A stretch of 64,000 nt of DNA from Eledone cirrhosa (taxonomy: Eukaryota), in contig OZ024741.1 of the NCBI GenBank assembly GCA_964016885.1, positions 158,658,001 to 158,722,000 of the forward strand, in the 5' to 3' direction. The first letter of the stretch is position 1. Each line of letters begins with the position of its first letter. Below the pieces are notes generated by a model. It saw only the letters and a program-made list of their open reading frames with translations, made no database searches and was not told where the DNA came from. The translations under genes were made by a program, and so were the position numbers. Shown in pieces: positions 55,120 to 64,000 of this stretch.

Positions 55120-58100
55120 ATCTATATATATATATATATAAAACAGAGGATGTCTGTCTGTGTGTCTGTTTCCCTAAAACTCGAGAAGTACCCAACCATT
55201 GTTTTTCAAACTTTACACATGTAACCCGTATGGCCCCGGAAGTGTTTTGAGCAAAAAAAAATTTCAAATTATTCTGACCTAGGATCGAATTAGTGAAGTG
55301 GCCAATGTCTGTACAAAATGAGGGAGTGAGAGGAGAGAGAAAGAAACAGAGAGGCGAAGTGTAGAAGTGGCTCTCTACTCCTCCTCCTCCTTCTCCCCAT
55401 TCGTCACAGCGTTTTTTGATAGAGGGGAGAAATGTGAACGAGTTACAGAGAGAAAGAGTGAGAGTGAAAGAAACAGACAGACTAAAAGAGAGGGATAGTG
55501 GGAGAGAGTGACAGGCGCCGTCTTTTGAGAGTTGTATGCGTCAAAGATACATGACAGTGGAATAACTATTGCGTGTGTGTGTACGTGCGCGCGTCTGTGT
55601 GTGTGAGTTTGCATGCGTGAGTGTGTATGTGTGTGTGAGTGATTATAAACTCTCTCACATGGTCTGATGGAATTAACCCTTTAGCATTTACATTACTCTA
55701 TATATACTATATCATTTTCATGGTAAAGGCTTTATCTCACATAATATAAACATCTCATAGATTTAATATTATCTATTTTGAGAACGGTGGATTGGCAGTA
55801 TCGGTAGAGAGTCGGACACCATGCTTTCCAGCATAGTTACGTCCCTTTACGGTCTGAGTTCAAATCCCGCCGAGGTTTACTTTGCCTTTCATCCTTACGG
55901 GGTCGATAAAATAAGGTACCAGTAATACACTGGATAATTGCTGGACTTGTGCCTAAAGTAGAAACAATTATTTATTTTGAGAACAATACCTTAACCCTTT
56001 AGTATTAATGTGAGTGAGTTATAAAGAGAAAGGGTGAGAGTGAAAGAAACAGACAGACTAAAAGAGGGGGATAGCGGGAGAGAAAGAGAGACGCTGGAAG
56101 AGGGGAAGGAAAACTATATGTCTTGCTGTCTGCATTACGATACATATATACACACACACACACACACTGATCGCGTCATAATGACGTAATGCAGACAGTC
56201 AGACATACAGACAGATATTATAAGGGCGCAACGTTATATCTATGTATCTATCTAAAAAGAAAGACTAAGAATTATAGAGAGAGATCGCTAAATCGCCTAA
56301 TGCGGTCCCTAGGGCATTGAAAATTTGAAATATTTTTGGCTCAAAACACTCACAGGATCATAAGTATTACATGTGTAAAGTTTGAAAACAATCGGTTGGA
56401 TGGTTCTCAAGTTTTAGTGAGCTGACAGACAGACATACATTCTCTGTTTTAGATATATAGACTAGCAGAATGGCCCGGCGTTGCTCGGGATTCTAAACAT
56501 AGATTGGCATGTTTATCCCTCCTTTCTGAAACAGTCCCTGGGACAAAAAAGGAGAAAATCTGTTTTGCTCAAAATACTTTAAACAACATGCAAATTTTGA
56601 AGAAATCGCCTGGGTTATTGTTCCGTTATGCCTCAAAAAAGCCTTTAAAGCCTAAAATATGCGGTTTTTTGCCTAATGCGGTCCCTAGGGAATTGAAAAT
56701 TTGAAATATTTTTTGCTCAAAACATTCACACGACCATAAGTATTACATGTGTAAATTTGAAAAAATCGGTTGGGTGGTTCTCGAGTTTTAGGGAGACAGA
56801 CAGACATTCTCTGTTTTATATATACAGACTAGCAGAAAACCACCCGGTGGGCGGTTTTCTGCTAGCAAATCTAGTGTATATACTGATATTGTTGAGATTT
56901 GGATGAGAAATGTTTTCGGCACCACATGTTCACCGTCTCTCGGTGGGTCTTTTATGCATGTATAAATATATATGTTATCTATACGGTGAAATCTTTGAAA
57001 TAAATATATGTTAAAACGAAAAAGGAGAAAAAGAGATTAGTGACGGAAATATAAACGTTATGATACATAAACGTTATGATATAACGATGGAAATATATCT
57101 TCAAATGGTCCTTGGCATGGTGTCAAGTCAGAACCGCCTCGAACTGGTTACTTCTGGCTTGTGCAAGGTGTCTCTATAGCAACCAGTGATTCCCTCGGCC
57201 TCAGTGACCAAAGTCAGTGGAGAGGGGAAGGTAATGTTTCTATAGCGACAGTGTTTCTCTTGGTAGTACCAAAGTGGAGAAAGGAAGGGGAAGGTAATAT
57301 TTCTGTAGCACCTACATTTGAGTTTTAGGGAAGGACAGACAGACAGACAGACAGACAAACAGAGAAATGCCCATATATTTCTGTGTGTGTGTATATATAT
57401 ATATTACACACACAGAAATGTATATATATTTCTGTGTGTATATATATATATTACACACACAGAAATGTATATATATTTCTGTGTGTGTGTATATATATAT
57501 ATATATTACACACACAGAAATGTATATATATTTCTTAGAACAAAATTATTATTAATGTTTTGCTGTTCATAACAATTGGAATTGAAAAATTACTTTTGAA
57601 ATTATTAGTTATTTTACTAATGCTTAGATATGTAAAAATGAAGCAATGTTTCTAATAATTGTTTCTACTTTTGGCACAAGGCCAGCAATTACCTAGTACA
57701 TTACTGGTACATCCGTGAGGATGAAAAGCAAAGTTAACCTCGGCGGTATTTCAACTCAGACCGTAAAGGGACGTAACTCCATGTTATGAAGCATGGTGTC
57801 CGACTCTCTACAGATTCTGCCAATCCACCGCCCTAATGTCTGTACGTAATGAGGGAGTGAGAGGGAAGAGAAAGAAAGGCAGAGGTGAAGTGACAAAGTG
57901 ACTCTCTCCTCCTCCTCCATCTCCCCATTCATCACAGCGATAGAGGGGAGGAATGTTAGTGTGTTACAAAGAGAAAGAGTGAGAGTGAGAGAAACAGACA
58001 GACTAAAAGAGAGGGATAGCTGGAGAGAGAGAGAGATAGCAACCATGCGCGCACGTGTTTCCACTGTCGGACAGACAGACAGAGAAATTGCTGGTTATAT

Positions 58101-58272
58101 ATTATAAGGAGATATATATATAATTATATATTCGTGTACAGATATTTTTGCATACACAATAACAAAATATAAATAAACGTATTTATTTCACGAGGCTCAA
58201 TAAGGATAAATATATATCAAATATATAAGAACCATAGAGCAAATCCCGAGTAACGCCGGGCCATTCTGCTAG
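55120..58272. mobile_element. Cluster of non-autonomous Helitrons (tandem and inverted) with SINE/MITE insertions
   Basis: TC-tatata start at ~55121 (+); complete minus copy ~56462-56828 abutting neighbours; + strand 3' end cccgagtaacgccggg...CTAG at 58245-58272; blocks shared with 3527-4066 and 33350-33600. Confidence 0.7.
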
Positions 58273-59488
58273 TATATATATATATGCATAGTTAATAAGT
58301 GAAACAAACAAAACACAGGAGGCAAAATTGCAGTTATATTAGGTTCACACTTGGAAGTGGAGGTTTCAATGTTTCGGATAGAAGTCCTTCTTCAGCAAAG
58401 TTTGAATAAGGAGAGAACAGATAGATGTATGGGTAGTGTGAGAAGGTTAAGGAAGGAAGTTAAAAAAGAAAAAAAGTGATGGGGGAGGTGGGTGAAAGGT
58501 GCGGCCTGGAGGGGGGGGGGGGTTATGGGGGTGGCATGTGTCTGCTTCTGTATGTGTGTGTCAAAGGGAAGAAATTGGTAGATGTGCATGGCTTCAATCT
58601 ATGTGTGTGTATGGCTACATGGCAGTCCCAGAGCCTTATAAAGTGAAGTGTGCACACTGGTATGTATGTGTGTGTGTGTGTATGACTGAGGTTTTTTGTG
58701 TGAGTGTGTGTATGGGGGGGCGACTGTAGTTTCTATGTATGTGAGTATGTACAATTGCGTGTGTGTGTGTATTATCATGTGTTTTATATATATATCCCCT
58801 CCTTCCTACCCCCCCCCCCTCCTACACACACAAAAAAAAATCCCAACAATGCTAGTTGTCCTGTCTTTCTTAAAAAGAGATGACATATTTATACTTATTT
58901 TCATATAAGCAACCTGCAGATAATTATTACAGTCATTTTAGTAAGGACAAAGAAAGAATAGAGAAAATACATGAAGTTTTTTACTGAAATAAAAGGAAAA
59001 AAACCTAATGTAATGAAAAACTCACAATGCTTTGTTAGTCAGAATTGGCCGAGAAACGATGCCACTGTTTTGTGTTTCTTTGTTGTTTATATGGCCTTTC
59101 AAATTAGGAGACAGGAGTAATGGAGATTAGTGTGGTTAAAGTTGAGTTTGAACTGTTGCAGAGTAGCAGTTGGAGAGATCATCATCATCACTACAATTTT
59201 ATATCCATTTTCCATGCTGATATATGTTAGAGGGGCTGTATGACTAGACTGGTCAGAGAATCACATCTTCCCCATATGTTCCATATTTGTCACAGTTTCT
59301 ACAACTGGCTGTCCATCCCAACACCAACCACTTTACTGGGAGTGGAAAGGAATTTGAAGGGGGTGTAGTTCCAAGCAGGGAGATGATGGTGAGAAGGAAG
59401 GTAAATGATTTATCAGAGCTAATAGAAATATTATCACAAAAGGGTTAATAACATACCATCATCACACATTGGGTCAATGCAGATTATA

Positions 59489-60757
59489 CAGGGTGCGAAC
59501 GATATTTGTTCGCAAGATTACTGTCTATGAAAAAATAACACAGTAGTTTTATTTTTTAAGATTTATTTATCAAACTTGGGTCAGTTTGTCTTCATGACTT
59601 GTTCTTTCGATCTCACTCGATAAACCTGCCATTGGCTTTGATGACGGCCTCAAGGCGGCCTCGGAACTGGCTACAGGCCTTCGTCACTGTCCCCCGATCC
59701 TAGCCTTCAGATCGTCTTTCGTATTGCAGCTAGATCTGTTGGTGTCTCGTTCCACTGCACCCCACACAAAGAAGTCGAGCGGGTTGCAGTCAAGCGAGCT
59801 GGAAGGCCAGATGCCAGGTGAAGTGTGGTCAACGAAGTTCCCTGACAGCCAGGCTTGGATCTTTCGGCTGGTATGGCAGGGCGCTGAGTCTTGCTGCCAC
59901 ACGTACGGCCTACCTGCAGCTACATGGTCGATCTAGGGCTTTACTCCCTCGCTCAGAACATGGATGTAGCCATCAGTGTTCAGCTTGAGGCCCTCAGGGA
60001 AGAAGTGAGGTGGCACGACGTTACCTTAACTGCTGACGACACCTAAGACCAATGTTGTCGCTGGAAACTTTGTCTGCATGACTCTGGGCACGTCTTTGGA
60101 TGAGACAACGAGCCATCTGTTGTTCTGGGAGTTGATCTTCTGGTCTTGGCAGAGGTTTTTCTCATCGGAGAAAAACCACAGCATGTATGGCTCGAGTGGC
60201 TGTTTCAACTTGTTGATCAGCTTCTTTGCGTGCTTCAGTAGCTTTTCTTGCATCGCCTTTGACAGAAATTGTCCTTTCCTCATCTTGTATCAAACGTAGC
60301 GAATGTCTTCATGTACCACCAGCCTAATGAGCTTTTCATCCACGCCTTTCTCCCTTGCAATGGCACGCATCGACTTGCTAGGTTCATTGTTGATGATATC
60401 CTGAACGTCAGCGATGAACCTAGGCATTCTGAAGGCGTCAGATCGTCGATCATGTGTTTTCCTCTCTGATGTTGCTTCGTAATCGAATCCTGAATCCTCC
60501 AATTCCTTTCTGACCTTTTCCACCATTCTCCTGCTGACGCTGAGAAAGTCTGAAATTTCCTTATTTGTCCTCCCGGCACGGATTCAAAGAAGAACTCTGT
60601 GTCTCTTCCACAAATTTGGAGGTTCAAAATTATTCATAATCAATTATTCTGAAAATAAATAATGGAAATATAGTCACTGTTTTTATGAAGACAAGAGTGA
60701 CAACGGAAGTAAAAAGATTTGCATAAAATTAGCAGAACAAATATCGTCCGCACCCTG
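59489..60757 (-). mobile_element. Tc1/mariner DD37D (maT-type) transposon, transposase disrupted
   Basis: TIRs CAGGGTGCGAACGATATTTGTTC / GAACAAATATCGTCCGCACCCTG flanked by TA. FSDEK and QQDSAPCH...WPSSSLDCNPLD motifs with 37 residues between the second and third D; several stops. Confidence 0.92.
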
Positions 60758-61051
60758 TATATATATTCATATATATATGGGTGTATATACATATCACAAC
60801 AAAAAAACACACAGTCCACGTGTAGGTAACATAGTAAAAAGCTCCCAGTCCACACTGTAAATGTGGTTGGTGTTAGGAAGGGCATCCAGCCGTAGAAAAC
60901 CTGCCAGATACAGTCCTATGCGAGCGAGACACGGTCACCCGATCAATCTTGCCTCAAGTGGGGCAATTCCCATCTAACCCATGCTAGATGTTAAACGATG
61001 ATGATGATATATATATATATATACCATCATACATATATATGTGTGTGTGTA

Positions 61052-61101
<50 letters not shown>

Positions 61102-61109
61102 CACACACA

Positions 61110-61322
61110 CATTAAGTCAATGCCATACTATCATATATTTACATTAATTCAAATCATGTACATTAGGCCAATACCATACCATCATATATACACATTAAGC
61201 CAATACCATACCATCATATATACACATTAAGCCAATATCATACCATCATATATACACATTAGCTCAATACCATAACATCATATATATACATTAGGTTAAC
61301 ATCATACTATCATATATACATA
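61110..61322. repeat. ~31-bp minisatellite
   Basis: Repeated cattaagccaataccataccatcatatatacac. Confidence 0.8.
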
Positions 61323-62299
61323 ATAACCCTTTAGCATTACATTACTCTATATATACTATTATATTTTCACAGTAAAGGCTTTACCTCACATAAAATCGAA
61401 GCTACGAGATTTTGATATTATTTATTTTGAGAACAATACCTTATCATTGGTATAAGTGGCCAGCTATGACCAGTTTGAACAGAAGGAGGTGACAGAATTC
61501 TGGCCAGATATAGCTGGTTTAAATGCTAAAGGGTTAAACCAATATCATACCATTATATACACACATTAAATCAATATACTGTCATATATACATCAGGTCA
61601 ATATATAATATCTACTTGATTTCTGTCTGCCAAATTTCACTCACAAATTATTGGTCATCCCAAGGTTATAGAAGACATTTCCCCATGATATCACACAGTG
61701 GGATTAAATCTGAAACCATGTAGTTGAGAAATCAGGTCCTTCACTACACAGCTGTGCTTGCACCTATTTTTATACTTTTTCCTATTATATTATTGTAAGA
61801 CAGGAAAAAGTTCTTAACATACATGATGTGCTATGACAGTAGTACTAAGCTAAGGAGATTGAGGGATGTAATTTAGTGCTAATTATTAAGTTATTACCTC
61901 TGTGTCTTATGTGGTTAGCTTAGTGAGTGAGTGTGTGTTTGTGTGTGTGTAGTGCATATATGTACACACACATTTATAAAAATAGTTACATTTATATGTG
62001 CATGTGTGCGTATGTATAGCATGTATATATATATACATATATATATAACATATATATGTATATGTATATATATGTGTGTATATATATATATGTGTGTGTG
62101 TATATATATATCCACATACACTCTTAAAAATAGTTATACTCATATATATGTGCGTGTATGTATGTTGATCACTACTAATTATAAAAAAAAATACATGGCA
62201 ATTTTGACATTTCCTTAAATAATGTAGGAATGTGAGAGAAAGTTAATGTGAAGCTTACTGTCTCCCAATCTTACACTGACACTCTCTGGCACCTGACCT

Positions 62300-62700
62300 C
62301 ATATGATGTTGTTACGACAGACCACTTCATCTCACATCATAGACATATGATGTTGCTAAAACAGACCATTTTACCTCATATCAAAGGCATACAATTTTGT
62401 TAAGATGGAGCACTTCATCTTACATCATAGACATATGATGTTGCTAAAACAGACCACTTTACCTCACATCATACACATACAATGTTGTTAAGACGGACTA
62501 CTTCATCTCACATCATAGATATATGAGGTTGCTAAGACTGAACACTTCACTTCACATCATAGACATATGTTTTTGTTAAGATGGACCACTTTACTTCACA
62601 TTATAGTATATGTTATTAATATGATGAACCACCTCACATCATAGACATGTTGTTAAGCTGTAGTACTTCATCTCACATCATAGTACATATGTTATTATCT
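62300..62700. repeat. 44-bp minisatellite, about 9 units
   Basis: Units start at 62323, 62367, 62411...; consensus cacttcatctcacatcatagacatatgatgttgctaaaacagac. Confidence 0.85.
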
Positions 62701-62877
62701 AGATGGAACTTAAGGTGGTGGATTGACAGAATTGGTAGAGCATTGGATAAACTGCCATTGTATTATTTCTTTTGGCCCTTTACATTCTGAATTGAAATCC
62801 CACCAAAGTCGTCCTTTCCTAACATCCTTCCAGCATTAATAAAATGAAATACCAGTCAAGTACTGGGATTGATTTAA

Positions 62878-63097
62878 CCCTTTAGCATTCAAACTGGCCA
62901 TGTCCAGCCAGAATTCTCTCATATCTCTCTGTTCAAACTGGTCATAATTAGCTGCTCATACCGATGTTAAGGTATTGTTCTCAAAATAGATAACATCAAA
63001 ATCACGTAGATCCAATATTATGTGAGATATTTTGTGAGGTAAAGACTTTACCATGAAAATACAATAGTATATATAGAGTAATGTAAATGCTAAAGGG
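62878..63097. mobile_element. piggyBac-type MITE (family copies also near 15150-15350, 28710-28925, 41853-42094, 50850-51070, 55677-55990, 61327-61533)
   Basis: TTAA|CCCTTTAGCATT...AATGCTAAAGGG|TTAA; conserved 210-240 bp interior; this copy splits a SINE at its TTAA. Confidence 0.8.
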
Positions 63098-63493
63098 TTA
63101 ATCTACTTTGCCCATCCCCCAAATTTGCTGGCTTTATGTCTAAATAAGAAATCAATAAGGTCATGGATTGGCAATATCAGCAGAAGTTATAACTTCCTTT
63201 GTTCTGATTTCAAATCCCACTGACGTTAACCTTTCCTTTCATTGTTCTAGAGTCAATAACAATAATAATAATAAAACTTTAATGGTTAACATCTTCTGGA
63301 CTGAAATTGGAGACTGAAGGACTGATTTTATCAGCACAAGATCAGTGTCTACCAACAAAAAAACTATCAAACCAATAGTAATAATGAGTGAAATGATCTC
63401 TTGAGTTATTATCCAATTTATTTTGAAGAACGTTTTTTTAAAATGTTTTTTTTTTTAATTGAATTGTTATTTTTTTTTCAATTTATATGTTAG

Positions 63494-63582
63494 GTTATTC
63501 GATCACAAGTGGAAGATACTTCAACAATCAGGTGTATACAGTTGTAGGAGCTCCTGGCATTTCAACCAGTGGTGTTGGCAAG
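63494..63582 (+). CDS. Integrin alpha exon F (GYSITSGRYFNNQVYTVVGAPGISTSGVGK)
   Basis: gttag acceptor and gtaagg donor; 89 nt, phase 1 to 0. GYS...G.F.....VVGAP....GK is a complete FG-GAP repeat (blade 4). Confidence 0.92.
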
Positions 63583-63689
63583 GTAAGGCTTCAGAAATTA
63601 GTTCAACCTTTATTTTATTGAATCCTAAGAGAACTACACAAGTCAGCGGGGAGATTGTTCATTTATATTTTAATTTATTTTCATAAGAT

Positions 63690-64000
63690 GATACACTTAA
63701 AGCAATGAAACCAGGTTAAGCTCCTGGGCTTGATGGCCTAAGTATAGACCTATGGAAACCACCCAAAGCTTGTGTGTTCTAAGAGACTTCTGCATGGAAA
63801 CCTTTCAAGGGCACAAGCCTGAGGAATGGGGAATATCAGAAATAGTGCAAGTACCCAAGAAAGGTGACTTTGCCATCTGTATCAACTATAGAGGTATTAG
63901 TCTTATGCAAAATGCAGCAAAGACTTACAATATGATGATCTTGAATAGAATCAGACCATATATTGACAACATTCTACATTCCTGCCAAAATGGATTTTGG
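63690..64000 (+). mobile_element. Degenerate LINE reverse-transcriptase fragment (runs off the window)
   Basis: KAPGLDG...PKKGD...NYRGISL...KTYN.MILNRI.P......QNGF motifs. Confidence 0.8.

Overview
AT-rich, repeat-dense animal genomic DNA. The SINE/LINE/microsatellite make-up looks like an octopod cephalopod (inference, no database check). The only host gene I can support is an integrin alpha subunit on the + strand. Six small GT-AG exons (30986-31089, 41378-41463, 46519-46698, 49760-49808, 50715-50819, 63494-63582) splice in frame into FG-GAP beta-propeller blades 1-4 with no I-domain; the first coding exon was not found. The rest is intronic or upstream repeat: two near-full-length Tc1/mariner elements (DD34D Hsmar2-like, DD37D), RTE, L1/Tx1-like and R4/Dong-like LINE fragments, two tRNA-derived SINE families, non-autonomous Helitrons, hAT/piggyBac/mariner MITEs, a 2.5 kb 29-bp satellite and many microsatellites. 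The least expected signal is a set of minimal type I hammerhead-ribozyme motifs in at least three families. They sit on short, ORF-less, (TA)n-flanked elements that are often arranged as fold-back palindromes (Penelope pLTR/retrozyme-like). There are also two recent SINE-anchored inverted duplications. Most short ORFs in the supplied track are microsatellite artefacts.
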